Of a stretch of 64,000 bases of DNA, positions 27,295 through 37,429 are shown in pieces. The notes under the pieces are model-generated. The model saw only the letters and a list, made by a program, of their open reading frames with translations. It had not been told where the DNA came from and made no database searches. The position numbers were made by a program, and so were the translations under genes. The stretch's first letter is position 1; each line of letters begins with the position of its first letter. Source of the stretch: an uncultured Thermoleophilia bacterium (GTDB lineage: Bacteria > Actinomycetota > Thermoleophilia > UBA2241). The stretch is from positions 800,001 through 864,000 of the forward strand of contig CAVPCT010000005.1 in NCBI GenBank assembly GCA_963702475.1, in the 5' to 3' direction.

Positions 27295-29202
27295 ATGCCC
27301 GACGCACCCTCGTCAACAGCCCGCGACAGCCACGGTGACTCCCTCGCAGGCGCGCGCGTCGCCCTCGTGGACATGCCGTTCGCGGGCTACCGGCAGCCGT
27401 CGCTCGCGTTCGGGCTGCTGGCGGCGGTGCTGCGCGAGCGGGACGCCGAGGTCGCCGTGATCGACGCGACCCTGGACTTCGCGGCGATGGTCACCCCGGA
27501 GGTGTACGACGTCATCGCCGGCTGGCAGGCGCAGGACCTTCTCGGCGAGCGCGTGTTCGCCGGCCTGACGTCTCGCCCACCCGTGACGACCGACGAGGAT
27601 CACGCGCGGGAGGTGCTGGCCGGGGGCCATCCCGCCCACGACATCATCCACTTCGGCAAGCCGCCGCTGGCGCAGGTGCTGCGCGCCTTGCACGAGGCTC
27701 GTCGTCAGGCGCCGGCCCTGCTCGATGGCTGCCTCGCGGAGCTCGTCTCCCTGAGGCCCCACGTCGTGGGCTTCACCGTGATGTTCGCGCAGCTGACGGC
27801 GTCGCTGGCCCTGGCAGAGCGCGTCAAAGCGGCGCTGCCCGACGCGCTGCTTGTATTCGGCGGCGCCGGCTGCCGCGGCGAGATGGGCGAGGAGCTGCGC
27901 CGCCGGTTCCCCGCCGTCCACGTCGTGGTCGACGGCGAGGGCGAGGCGGCGCTGCCGGACATCGTGCGCGCGCACCTCGCAGGCGATCCGGTCACCCTGG
28001 ACGTTGACCGGACCGCCCGCGAGGCCGACGACGTCGGGGCAACCCCGGTGGACCTCGACGCCCTCCCCTCCCCGGACTTCGGCGACTACTTCGCGCGCCT
28101 CGCGGCCGGCCCCCTGGCGGGCACGTTCACGCCGCGCCTGCCGCTCGAGACCTCGCGCGGCTGCTGGTGGGGAGAGCGGCGACGCTGCACGTTCTGCGGC
28201 CAGGCCAGCGCCGCCCTCGCGTACCGGCACAAGAGCCCGGGGCGGGCGCTGGCCGAGCTCGAGCGCCTGGCGCGGGAGCACCCGGGCTGCCCCGTCTTCT
28301 TCACCGACGAGATCGCGCCGCGTGACGCCTTCCGGACCCTGGTCCCCGAGCTCCCGCGGCGCGTGCCGGGGCTGGAGGCCGTGTACTTCGAGGTGCGCCC
28401 CGATCTCCCGCGGGACGACCTGCAGGCGCTGGCGGCCTCCGGCGTGCATCGCGTGGAGACCGGCATCGAGAGCCTGAGCACGCAGGTCCTCAGGCTCATG
28501 CGCAAGGGCACCACGGCGCTGCAGGGCGTCCGCTTCCTCAAGTGGGCGCGCGAGCTCGGCCTGCACGTGGTGTGGAACCTGCTCTGGGGGATCCCCGGTG
28601 AAGAGCCTTCGGAGTACGGGCGCATGGCGTCTCTCGTCCCGCTGCTCACGCACCTGCAACCCCCCAACACGGTGGGTGAGGTACGGCTGGACCGCTTCTC
28701 GCCGATGTTCGAGGATCCCGAGGCATACGGCCTGACTGACGTGCACGCCGTCCCCGCGTACGGGCACGTCTTCGACCTCCCTCAGGACGACCTGGACCGG
28801 CTGGCCTACTTCTTCGCGTCCTCCTGCCGGCGCCCGCAGCCCCTCGCCGAGTACACCCTGTGGCTTGCAGAGGCCGTGACGGCGTGGAAGGAGAGCTCCG
28901 GCCGCAGTCACCTGTGGTACGTGGACGACGGCGAACGCCTGCTGATCGACGACGGGCGCCCGGCGTTCGCGAGCGACGACCTCACCGTCCTGAGCGGCGC
29001 GCACCGGGCGGCGTATGTGGCCGCCGACGGGGTGGCATCGGCCCAGGAGCTCGGCCGCGCCGTGTCGGCGGCCGAGGGCCGCGAGGTCGGCGCCGCGGAG
29101 CTCCAGGCCCTGCTCGAGCCGCTGCTCGAGCAGGGCCTGATTGCGCGGGAGGGCGCTCGCTTCGTCAGTCTCGCCGCGCGGGCCCCGCGGTCTGCTTCGT
29201 GA
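27295..29202 (+). CDS. B12-binding radical SAM, RiPP-maturation C-methyltransferase type (TIGR03975-like)
   Basis: VDMPFA...PSLAFGLL N-terminus; ETSRGCWWGERRRCTFCG (CX7CX2C); GIESLS, WNLLWGIPGE, HLQPP, RLDRFSP. Confidence 0.88.
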   Translation: MPDAPSSTARDSHGDSLAGARVALVDMPFAGYRQPSLAFGLLAAVLRERDAEVAVIDATLDFAAMVTPEVYDVIAGWQAQDLLGERVFAGLTSRPPVTTDEDHAREVLAGGHPAHDIIHFGKPPLAQVLRALHEARRQAPALLDGCLAELVSLRPHVVGFTVMFAQLTASLALAERVKAALPDALLVFGGAGCRGEMGEELRRRFPAVHVVVDGEGEAALPDIVRAHLAGDPVTLDVDRTAREADDVGATPVDLDALPSPDFGDYFARLAAGPLAGTFTPRLPLETSRGCWWGERRRCTFCGQASAALAYRHKSPGRALAELERLAREHPGCPVFFTDEIAPRDAFRTLVPELPRRVPGLEAVYFEVRPDLPRDDLQALAASGVHRVETGIESLSTQVLRLMRKGTTALQGVRFLKWARELGLHVVWNLLWGIPGEEPSEYGRMASLVPLLTHLQPPNTVGEVRLDRFSPMFEDPEAYGLTDVHAVPAYGHVFDLPQDDLDRLAYFFASSCRRPQPLAEYTLWLAEAVTAWKESSGRSHLWYVDDGERLLIDDGRPAFASDDLTVLSGAHRAAYVAADGVASAQELGRAVSAAEGREVGAAELQALLEPLLEQGLIAREGARFVSLAARAPRSAS

Positions 29203-29698
29203 CCGGCGGCCCGCCCCGCGCCGCGAGCGCCGCGGCGGCCCGGACCGCCCCTTCCTGCATCGCCGCGGCGGCGTAGCAGAACACCGAAAGCGTCTCGACC
29301 ACCTCGAACGCACGCCCCCGCACCAGCCCCGCCAGCCGGTCGAACGAGCCGATGGGCCCGCCGGCGTGGGTCACGCCGACCACGGCGGGCCGACCCCGCC
29401 CTTCCGGCAGCGCCGCCACGAAGCTGCGCACCGGCGGCGACGACATCCACCCCCAGGTCGGCGAGAAGAGCACCAGAGCGTCGAAGCTGTCGTCGTCGGG
29501 CGCGGCCGTCTCGAGCGCGACCATCGTGCCGGCCATGGCCTCCCGCACACCTCTGATGCCGGCCGAGAAGTACGAGTACTCCCTGGCCGGCACGATGCGC
29601 AGCACCCTCACGTCCTGGCCGGCGAGCATCTCCGCCGTCGCCGCCGCCAGCTTCTCCGTGAAACCGGAGAGCGAGTAGTAGGCGACGAGGACCCTCAC
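29165..29698 (-). CDS. Flavodoxin-like protein
   Basis: VLVAYYSLSGFTEKLA, SPTW...SPPVRSF. Confidence 0.75.
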   Translation of the reverse strand: MRVLVAYYSLSGFTEKLAAATAEMLAGQDVRVLRIVPAREYSYFSAGIRGVREAMAGTMVALETAAPDDDSFDALVLFSPTWGWMSSPPVRSFVAALPEGRGRPAVVGVTHAGGPIGSFDRLAGLVRGRAFEVVETLSVFCYAAAAMQEGAVRAAAALAARGGPPVTKQTAGPARRD

Positions 29699-29758
29699 TG
29701 CAACGTCACCCGGCGCGGCCCGTCCGGCGCCGGTCGGCGCGCCGGCGCTCCGCGGCCG

Positions 29759-30535
29759 TCACTGCGCCGTCCAGCCCCCGTCGATGGTGAACTCCGCGCC
29801 GGTGACCCACTTGGACTCGTCCGAGGCGAGGTACACGTCGAGGTAGGCGATGTCGATAGGCTCCCCGATGAAGCCGATGGGGTGCTGCGCCCCGACCTTC
29901 GCGAAGTACTCGTCGGGGCTCAGGCCGAAATCGGAGGCCTCCTTCTCCGTGAGCGGCGTGTGCACGTAGCCGGGGTGCACCGAGTTCACGCGTATGGAGT
30001 AGCCCTTCTCGCCCATCGCCAGGGCGGCCGACTTGGTCATCACCGTGACGGCGCCCTTGGACGCACAGTACGCGAACAGGCCGGCCTCGGCGATCTGGCC
30101 GTCGATGGACGAGCGGTTCACGATGGAGCACCGCTCGCCGCACTCCTTCATGGCCGCGATGGCGTGCTTCATGCCGAGGAACACGCCGGTGGAATTCACC
30201 GCCATGAGGTGGTCCCACTCCTCGAGCGTGGTCTCCTCCACGTCGTGGCCCAGCGAGATGCCGGCGTTGTTCACCAGCACGTTGACCTTGCCGTGGAGAG
30301 CGACGGTGTCCGCGACCACCCGGCGCCAGTCGTCCTCGCTGCGCACGTCGAGCTTCATGAAGGCCGCGGTGCCGCCGTCGGCGACGATGGCCGCGGCGAC
30401 AGCGCCGCCGGTGACCTCGTCGACGTCGGCGACCACCACGCAGGCGCCCTCCCGTGCGAACAGCGAAGCCGTCGCCGCGCCGATGCCCATGGCCGCGCCG
30501 CTGACGATCGCGACCTTGCCGTCGAGCCTGCCCAT
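29759..30535 (-). CDS. Short-chain dehydrogenase/reductase (hydroxysteroid/secondary-alcohol DH-like)
   Basis: SGAAMGIG, NNAG, YCASK, VNSVHPG, DGGWTAQ. Confidence 0.93.
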   Translation of the reverse strand: MGRLDGKVAIVSGAAMGIGAATASLFAREGACVVVADVDEVTGGAVAAAIVADGGTAAFMKLDVRSEDDWRRVVADTVALHGKVNVLVNNAGISLGHDVEETTLEEWDHLMAVNSTGVFLGMKHAIAAMKECGERCSIVNRSSIDGQIAEAGLFAYCASKGAVTVMTKSAALAMGEKGYSIRVNSVHPGYVHTPLTEKEASDFGLSPDEYFAKVGAQHPIGFIGEPIDIAYLDVYLASDESKWVTGAEFTIDGGWTAQ

Positions 30536-30642
30536 AAGTCAGCTCCTTTCGGGATCACTGTGCGTGACGCCCGGCCGCAGCCGGCCACCGGGGCCGCCGG
30601 CCGGGCGCTCGACCGCGACGGCTCCCGGCCGCCGCGGGCCGG

Positions 30643-31416
30643 TCACTCGACCGCCCCGGCCCCCTCCGGCAGCAGCTGGCCGCCGTCCACGACGATGGTC
30701 TGGCCGGTGATGTACGCGGCCTCGTCGGAGGCCAGGAAGAGCATCGCGTAGCCGATGTCCTCAGGCGTGCCGAGCTTCTTCATGGGGATGGAGGCGGCCA
30801 GCGCGTCGATGTACTCCTGGCCCATGCCCTTCATGCCGGGCGTCAGGATGTTGCCGGGCATCACGGCGTTGATGGTGACACCCTGCTGGGCGACCTCGAT
30901 GGCGGCGCTGCGCATGAAGCCCAGCATCGCCGCCTTGGTCGCCCCGTAGTGGGCCCAGCCGGGGTAGCCGGTCACCGGTCCGGTGACCGACGAGGTGAGC
31001 ACGATACGGCCGTAGCCGCGCTCGCGCATGCCGGCCACCACGGACTTGACCATGAAGAACATGCCCTTGACGTTGATGGCGAAGATGCCGTCCCAGTCGG
31101 CCTCCGTCATGTCGGCGAGAAACGCCTGCGGATAGATGCCGGCGTTGCTGACGAGCACGTCGATGCGGCCGTGCGTGTCGAGCACGCAGCGCACGGCCGA
31201 CGCGCACGATGCCTCGCTCGTCACGTCGACCTTGAGGAACTCGACCGTGCTTCCGCCGGCCGACAGCTCGGCCGCCGCCTGCGTGCCGGCGGCCTCGTCG
31301 ATGTCGGCGATGTAGAGCGTCGCGCCCTCGCCGGCGAACACGCCGGCGATGCCGCGGCCGATGCCCTTGGCGGCGCCGGTGATGAGCGTCACCCTGTCAT
31401 GCATGCGGTCTGCCAC
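30643..31416 (-). CDS. Short-chain dehydrogenase/reductase (FabG-like)
   Basis: TGAAKGIG, SNAG, SSVTGP, YGATK; GTG start after GAGGAGG. Confidence 0.93.
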   Translation of the reverse strand: MADRMHDRVTLITGAAKGIGRGIAGVFAGEGATLYIADIDEAAGTQAAAELSAGGSTVEFLKVDVTSEASCASAVRCVLDTHGRIDVLVSNAGIYPQAFLADMTEADWDGIFAINVKGMFFMVKSVVAGMRERGYGRIVLTSSVTGPVTGYPGWAHYGATKAAMLGFMRSAAIEVAQQGVTINAVMPGNILTPGMKGMGQEYIDALAASIPMKKLGTPEDIGYAMLFLASDEAAYITGQTIVVDGGQLLPEGAGAVE

Positions 31417-31487
31417 GATGGTCCTCCTCGCGTCCATGGGGATCCGGAGACCGCGCGATCGCCCGCCGGCCTGCGCCCCCGCAGGCG

Positions 31488-31519
31488 ACGAGGGGGGCGA
31501 CTGCCGCCGCCCCCCTCGT
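31488..31519. terminator. GC-rich hairpin between permease and SDR
   Basis: 12-bp perfect stem ACGAGGGGGGCG/CGCCCCCCTCGT; no clear U-tract, so it may instead stabilise mRNA. Confidence 0.45.
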
Positions 31520-31559
31520 GCCTACGTGCCTTCTGTGCTGCGCGCTGTGCGCGCCGGTC

Positions 31560-33047
31560 TCAGTACTCCTTGATGCCGTCCGGGGTCTCCATCCAGACGG
31601 GCTCCTTGCGCCACTTCCACACGATCATCCAGATCCACAGGACGGCGCCGATGCCGAGGTACTCGAGCATCACGGTGTAGCCGGCCTGGCCGAGCACGGT
31701 GAGGAAGGCGAACACCACCGAGATGATGAGGCTCAGCACGCGCATGAACATGCCGCCCGGGATCTTGTACGGACGCGGCCAGTCGGGATGCTTGATGGCC
31801 GCGCGGATGGATGCCGCGGAGATGATCGCGTAGCACGCGGCCGCGGCGAACGCCATGAGCGTGAAGAAGTTCTGCAGGAAGCTGCTGTAGTTCATGGTGA
31901 TGATGGCCGCCAGGCTGATCCCCAGGATGAGCAGGTTGGGGAGGATCGGCTGGTGGTGCTTGTTGGTCTTGGCGAACACCTTGGGCAGGAAGTTCTGACG
32001 GCCCATGGCGAACAGCATGCGCACCGAGCTCAGCCAGAAGCCCAGCACCGAGGTGGTGATGGGGAACAGGGCCGCGCCGATGCCGAAGATCCACAACCAG
32101 GCGGCCCAGAAGCCGCTGGTGCCGATCTCCTTGACCGCGAACAGCGAGGCAAACGGCTGGCCGGTGCCGTCACCGGTCAGCTCGCCCCACGACGCCATGC
32201 CGGAGAGCGAGAAGTAGTACAGCATGTAGAGCAGGCCGCAGGTGATGATGGAGCCCAAGATGGCCTGGTTCTGCTTCTTGATGGGGAAGTCGCCCTCCTC
32301 CACCATGTTGGGCACGATCTCGAAGCCGAAGTACGGCGTGACGAGCAGCGCGACGCCGATGACCGCCGCCGGGATACCCAGGTGCGTGGCGAGGCCGGAC
32401 TGGATGAAGGGGTCGAAGTTGTCCCAGCTCCAGGCGTCGCTCGTGATCCAGAAGATGCTCCCGAGGATGCAGACGGAGAAGCCGAACAGCAGCATGAAGG
32501 TCTGCACCTGGCCGGAGATCGTGATGTTCTGCAGGCTGAGGAGCGTGTAGAGCGCCAGGACGATGCAGCTGATGAGAGCGATCCAGCCGACCGACAGGTT
32601 CAGCTCGAACATGTAGTCGATCCAGGAGATGATGCCGAGCACGCCGGCCGGCGGCACCGCCAGCCAGGCGGCGAGGATGAGCCACGTGGACCAGAAGCCC
32701 GCGTGCTTGTTCAGCCCCACGGTGCCATACACCAGCTCGACGCCGGCGGTCGGGCACATGGTGGCCCACTCCGCGTACATGAAGCCGATGGGCAGCACGG
32801 CGATCATCATGAGGCCGAAGCCGATGAAGGTGAACGGCCCCGTCGTGGTGAGGAAGAAGCCGTCCCAGTACGCCATGAAGGTGAAGATGGCGCCGGTGGC
32901 GATGGCGTACACGTAGAACAGGCGCAGGGACTTCTTGAGGGTCCCGGAGCCGTGGTAGTACTTGTCCCGCATGGCCAGCTCTTCCGGGGTCTCCCCCGGC
33001 GAGGCCGGCACGTCCGCGTATTCGGACTTCGTCGGTTCGTCCGCCAT
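31560..33047 (-). CDS. APC-family amino acid permease
   Basis: LKKSL, YAEWATMCPTAG, YFGFEIVPNMVEE, RMLFAMGR, RPYKIPGG; about 12 TM helices. Confidence 0.92.
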   Translation of the reverse strand: MADEPTKSEYADVPASPGETPEELAMRDKYYHGSGTLKKSLRLFYVYAIATGAIFTFMAYWDGFFLTTTGPFTFIGFGLMMIAVLPIGFMYAEWATMCPTAGVELVYGTVGLNKHAGFWSTWLILAAWLAVPPAGVLGIISWIDYMFELNLSVGWIALISCIVLALYTLLSLQNITISGQVQTFMLLFGFSVCILGSIFWITSDAWSWDNFDPFIQSGLATHLGIPAAVIGVALLVTPYFGFEIVPNMVEEGDFPIKKQNQAILGSIITCGLLYMLYYFSLSGMASWGELTGDGTGQPFASLFAVKEIGTSGFWAAWLWIFGIGAALFPITTSVLGFWLSSVRMLFAMGRQNFLPKVFAKTNKHHQPILPNLLILGISLAAIITMNYSSFLQNFFTLMAFAAAACYAIISAASIRAAIKHPDWPRPYKIPGGMFMRVLSLIISVVFAFLTVLGQAGYTVMLEYLGIGAVLWIWMIVWKWRKEPVWMETPDGIKEY

Positions 33048-33127
33048 ACCTAGTCCCCCGTTTCTGCGTGCTTGCGATGTGCCCGGCGCCCCCGCAGGAC
33101 GCCCTCCTCACACGTCGAGTCGGGCGA

Positions 33128-34252
33128 TCAGTCTGACACCCTGACCGCGATCTCCTCGTCGTAACCCGTGGTCACACGTATGTAGCCGGTGAGCATGTCG
33201 TTGACCTCTTCGCTGCCTGTGTCCACGAGCAGCGGCCTTCCGCCCAGGGCGGCGATCTTCTGCCTGGTGGCGACGACCAGCACGTTGTCCCTGCCGACGC
33301 GCTCGATGACGCGCGGGCTGAACTGCTGGTTGCCGCGTCCGAAGATGTAGCCCTGGCCGCCGATGACGGTGACGACGATCTTCGCTGGCACGCCTCCTTT
33401 CGGGCCGAGCAGGTCGAGCAGCCGGTGCTCGGTGACGTCCTTGGCCACCAGCCGCCGGTCGCGCACCACGTCCACGCCCAGCAGCGTGCCGTCGATGCCG
33501 AGCCGCTTCTTGATGCCGAAGACTGTACTCCCCGTACCGAGCAAGTACAGGGTGTCGGCGTGCATGCGGTCCATGAGGCCGAACGCGATGGCGTCCAGGG
33601 CGTTCTCGTCGGATGCGGCGCGCCCGGCCTTACCGCCCTGCACGCGGGCCTCGTCGCGGGGCACCGTGAGATAGCCGAAGAGCTCGGCCGACACGCGCCC
33701 CTGGCGGAACGCGTCCTCGTCGATGTCCATGACCTCGGCCTGCTTGACCTTGGTGACCTTGCCCTGCAGATACAGGGCCGCGAGCTCTCCGGCGTTGCGC
33801 GGGTTGATGCCGTACACGCCGGAGTGGATCTTGCAGCCGGCCGGGACGCCCAGACACACCACGTCTGGGCCGACGGCCGCGAACACGTCGCGGGCGGTGC
33901 CGTCGCCACCCGCGAACACGATGAGGTCGACACCCGCCGCGGCCATCTCTGAGGCGGCGCGGCGGGTGTCTTCGCTCGTGGTGGTCTGACCGTCGGTCGA
34001 GAACAGCACCGTGGGCGAGAAGCCGGCCTCGCGGGCCTCGTTCTCGCCCATGTCGCCCGAGACCGTGAGGATCTCGAGGTCCTCCTTGAGTGACTCCAGT
34101 CGGCTCACGGCCAGCTCGGCGCGGCCCGGGGCCTCCGGCTCCGCGCCGAGGTCACGCGCCTGCGCCAGGATCTCTACGCCGTCGGTGCCCTTGAGACCGC
34201 AGCGGCCGCCCATGCCGGCGATGGGATTGACGATGAGACCGATCCGTTTCAC
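33128..34252 (-). CDS. ATP-NAD/AcoX kinase-like protein (COG3199-like)
   Basis: IGLIVNPIAGMGG..GLKGTDG, FAGGDGTARD, GCKIHSG, GTLLGVD, GRGNQQ, VDTG. Confidence 0.85.
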   Translation of the reverse strand: MKRIGLIVNPIAGMGGRCGLKGTDGVEILAQARDLGAEPEAPGRAELAVSRLESLKEDLEILTVSGDMGENEAREAGFSPTVLFSTDGQTTTSEDTRRAASEMAAAGVDLIVFAGGDGTARDVFAAVGPDVVCLGVPAGCKIHSGVYGINPRNAGELAALYLQGKVTKVKQAEVMDIDEDAFRQGRVSAELFGYLTVPRDEARVQGGKAGRAASDENALDAIAFGLMDRMHADTLYLLGTGSTVFGIKKRLGIDGTLLGVDVVRDRRLVAKDVTEHRLLDLLGPKGGVPAKIVVTVIGGQGYIFGRGNQQFSPRVIERVGRDNVLVVATRQKIAALGGRPLLVDTGSEEVNDMLTGYIRVTTGYDEEIAVRVSD

Positions 34253-34259
34253 GCGCGCG

Positions 34260-35825
34260 TCACGCCGATCCGTGCTTGCGCTGGTAGGCGCGCCAGGTGG
34301 TCGCCCACTTGGTCGGGTCGTCCAGCTCTTCTTCGGCCGAGCGCTTGTGGATGGCGCACTTGTGCGGAGCCGCCTTGACGAGCTCCGTATCCTCGCGGGC
34401 CTCCTGGGCGATGGTGCGCAGCACCTCGGAGTACTCCTCGAGGTCCTCCTTCGAGAACGTCTCGCACGGCTCGATGGTCATCGGCTCCGGCACGACCCAC
34501 GGGTGGTGGCTCGACCAGTAGTGCTGCAGGCCGAAGTCGCCGACGCGCCGCAGGATGTCGTCGGTGCCCACGCCGGTCTCGTCCGTGAGCTCCTGCCACG
34601 ACCAGCGGCACTCCTCGAGGCGGCGGTGCCCCTCGGCGTACGGGTGCGTGAGGCCGGGGATGTCTTCGCAGAGCTTCATGAAGTAGTTGTTGTTGAGGGC
34701 CGACATCTGGGCCGTCTCCTTGAGGCCGCCCGGACCCATGGTGATTGCCCACGCGTAGGCGCGCAGCACGACGCCGGCCGAGCCGAGGAAGCCCTTGATC
34801 TTGCCGATGGACTCGGGCCGGTCGAAGTCGAGGTAGAACCGGCCTGTCGCCTCGTCCTTCTCCACGGTGGGGTACGGCAGGTACTTGGCGAACTCCTCAC
34901 GGCAGCCCATGGCGCCGGTGCCGGGGCCGGAGCCGGCGTGCGGGGTGCCGAACGTCTTGTGCAGGTTGTAGTGGCACAGGTCGAAGCCGGCGTCGCGCGT
35001 GCGGGCGATGCCCATGAGCACGTTGCCGTTGGCCTGGTCGTTGAAGCACACGGCGCCGGCCGCCTTCGCGACCTTGACGAACTCCTCGATGAGCGGGTTG
35101 TAGATGCCCGTGTCCTCGGGGTTGGTGAAGAAGATGGCCGCCGTCTGCGGGCCTACGACAGCCTTCATGGCCTCGAGGTCAGGGTAGCCGTCCTCCTTGG
35201 GCATGAGGGTGACGATCTTGTAGCCCGCCGTGGCCGGCGAGGCCGCGTCGCACGGGTGCGAGAACATCGAGGTGACCACCTCGGTGCGCTGGTCGCCCTC
35301 GCCGCGGTCGCGGTGGTACGCGCGGATGATGGAGGCGGCGGTGAACACACCGTGCGCCCCGCCGCCGGGCTGGAGCGTGAAGCGGTCCATGCCCGACACG
35401 GCCTTCATGATCTGCTCGTGTTCCCAGTAGACCTCGAGGATGCCCTGCAGGGTGGAGTCGTCCTGCCAGGGGTGCACGTTGGCAAAGCGCGAGTACGCGA
35501 CCAGGTCCTCGTTGATCCGCGGGTTGTACTTCATGGTGCACGTGCCCTGGCTCATGTCTGCGGTGAGGTTGGAACCGAGGGTCTCCTGCGAGAGGTGCAG
35601 GAAGTGGGCGAGCACGTGCTTCTGGTCGACCTCGGGCAGGCCCGGAGCGTTCTTGCGGCGGATGCTCTCCGGCAGCGCAGCGGCGACGTCGCCGACCGCT
35701 TCGACGATCTCGTCCTCCGGCATGGGCGGATACATGCCGCGCGTGCCGGGGGTGGAGAGCTCGAAGATCATGGGCTCGTCCCAGCGAGCCTGATGGTAGT
35801 TCTTGCGCACCTTCACGATGGCCAT
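34260..35825 (-). CDS. gcvPB: Glycine dehydrogenase (decarboxylating) subunit 2-like, divergent
   Basis: QGTCTMKYNP, QPGGGAHG, NLHKTFGTPH (PLP lysine), MTIEPCET; ATG overlaps the gcvPA stop. Confidence 0.85.
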   Translation of the reverse strand: MAIVKVRKNYHQARWDEPMIFELSTPGTRGMYPPMPEDEIVEAVGDVAAALPESIRRKNAPGLPEVDQKHVLAHFLHLSQETLGSNLTADMSQGTCTMKYNPRINEDLVAYSRFANVHPWQDDSTLQGILEVYWEHEQIMKAVSGMDRFTLQPGGGAHGVFTAASIIRAYHRDRGEGDQRTEVVTSMFSHPCDAASPATAGYKIVTLMPKEDGYPDLEAMKAVVGPQTAAIFFTNPEDTGIYNPLIEEFVKVAKAAGAVCFNDQANGNVLMGIARTRDAGFDLCHYNLHKTFGTPHAGSGPGTGAMGCREEFAKYLPYPTVEKDEATGRFYLDFDRPESIGKIKGFLGSAGVVLRAYAWAITMGPGGLKETAQMSALNNNYFMKLCEDIPGLTHPYAEGHRRLEECRWSWQELTDETGVGTDDILRRVGDFGLQHYWSSHHPWVVPEPMTIEPCETFSKEDLEEYSEVLRTIAQEAREDTELVKAAPHKCAIHKRSAEEELDDPTKWATTWRAYQRKHGSA

Positions 35826-37213
35826 CAGAGGATCTCCTTCAACGCGCCGACGAGTGTGTCGAGGTCGTCCTTGCTGAGGACCTCGGTCACGCAGTAGAGG
35901 GCGCTCTGGCCGAGGGCGGGGAACCACGCTGAGAGGTCCTTGCCACCGAAGATGCCGCGCTCGAGCAATGCCGCGTTGATGTCGGCCACCGACGTGCCGG
36001 TGCCGTTGAAGTCGACCACGAGCTCCTTGAAGAACGGCGCCGAGCAGGCGGGAGCCTTGACGCCGGGCAGGGCGTCGAGCTGCTTCGCCAGGTAGGCCGA
36101 GCGCTGCAGGAGCCCCTCGCCCAGCTCTTTCATGCCCTGCGGGCCCATGAGCGAGAGATAGACACCTGCGCCGATGCCGTGCAGCTGCGCCATGGTGCCG
36201 AGGAAGTCCTTGGCCTTCTCGCGCGAGGCGTACGAGGTGCGCTCGAAGTACACCTCGCCGAAGCCGTACTCGCCCTCCACGATGGTGGGCGTGACGCCGA
36301 ACATGAGGGCGTTGAACTCGGCGAAGTAGGTGGGCGTGTCCTGGGTGGCGATGAAGCCGCCCTGGCCGCCGCCGCACTGCATGGGGATGCCGAGGCCCTG
36401 CACGTCGCCGCAAGCGATGTCGACGCCGTAGTTGGCGGGGGCCTCGAGCACGCCGAGCGACACCGGGTCCACGCCGCACGACACGACGCCGCCGGCGCCG
36501 TGCACGATGTCGGCGATGGCCGCGCCCTGATGCTCGATCACACCGAGGAACGACGGGTTCTCGTAGTAGAACACGGCGACCTTGTCGGTCATCTTGGCCT
36601 TGAGGTCGTCGAGGTCGAGCAGCCCCGTCTCGGGGTCGTGCTCCACGGTGGTGATGGTCGGGACCGTCGACCACACGTAGTTGCGCACGCACGAGAGGCG
36701 GTCGGGGCTCATGTGAGCCGAGACCAGGGCCTCGCTGCGGCCGTTGATGCGGGCGGCCATGCGGATGGTGGTGGCGGCCGCCATGCCCCAGTCGTACGTG
36801 GGCGTGTTGACGGCGTCCATCTCGAGCAGCTCGGCGAGGCAGCTGGCGTACTCGAACTGCGCCTGCCACTTGCCGTGATCGGCGAAGGCCTCACCCACGT
36901 AGGAGGTGAGGAACTCGTCGCGGCCCATGATGGTGGTGACCACCGACGGCACGTAGTGGTTGTAGACTCCGCCGCCGAGGAAGCTGATGCACTCCTTGCA
37001 GTCCTTGTTCTTGTCGAGGAGACCCTCGACGTGCCGCTTGAGCGCGGCCTCGGACTTGTACGGGCCGGGCGTCTTCAGCTCGCCCTTGAACCGCAGCTTG
37101 TCCGGGATCTCGGCGAAGATCTCCTCGGTGCTGGCGATGCCGACGTAGTCGAGCATCGCCTGTTTGACCTCAGGGACTGAGTTCGGGATGTACGGGTAGA
37201 CGTCGTCTGCCAT
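35825..37213 (-). CDS. gcvPA: Glycine dehydrogenase (decarboxylating) subunit 1-like, divergent
   Basis: YPYIPNS, FLGGGVYNHYVPS, EFLTSY, YENPSFLGVIE, REKAK, VTEV; GGAGG RBS. Confidence 0.85.
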   Translation of the reverse strand: MADDVYPYIPNSVPEVKQAMLDYVGIASTEEIFAEIPDKLRFKGELKTPGPYKSEAALKRHVEGLLDKNKDCKECISFLGGGVYNHYVPSVVTTIMGRDEFLTSYVGEAFADHGKWQAQFEYASCLAELLEMDAVNTPTYDWGMAAATTIRMAARINGRSEALVSAHMSPDRLSCVRNYVWSTVPTITTVEHDPETGLLDLDDLKAKMTDKVAVFYYENPSFLGVIEHQGAAIADIVHGAGGVVSCGVDPVSLGVLEAPANYGVDIACGDVQGLGIPMQCGGGQGGFIATQDTPTYFAEFNALMFGVTPTIVEGEYGFGEVYFERTSYASREKAKDFLGTMAQLHGIGAGVYLSLMGPQGMKELGEGLLQRSAYLAKQLDALPGVKAPACSAPFFKELVVDFNGTGTSVADINAALLERGIFGGKDLSAWFPALGQSALYCVTEVLSKDDLDTLVGALKEIL

Positions 37214-37429
37214 GGGCCCACACCTCCACTGGTCGGTCAACGCTTAGGACGAACACGACTGCTTGCGGGTGACGACCTCCTCGCTCATGCGCAGAGCGCG
37301 CCTGCAGGGGTGCCCACGCCGGGGCCGCGCCAGGGCCGGGAGCCCGGCGAGGGAAGTACTTTACACAATAAGCTGCCGAATCGGCGTTGCAAGTAGTGGC
37401 TTCTTATGGTCTTCTCCTATGGTTGACCT

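Noticed and set aside
25129-29202. Complete RiPP (azole-containing peptide) gene cluster
   Set aside because: No precursor, YcaO, peptidase or exporter seen. Standalone SagB-like nitroreductases are common and this one appears to have had an export signal.
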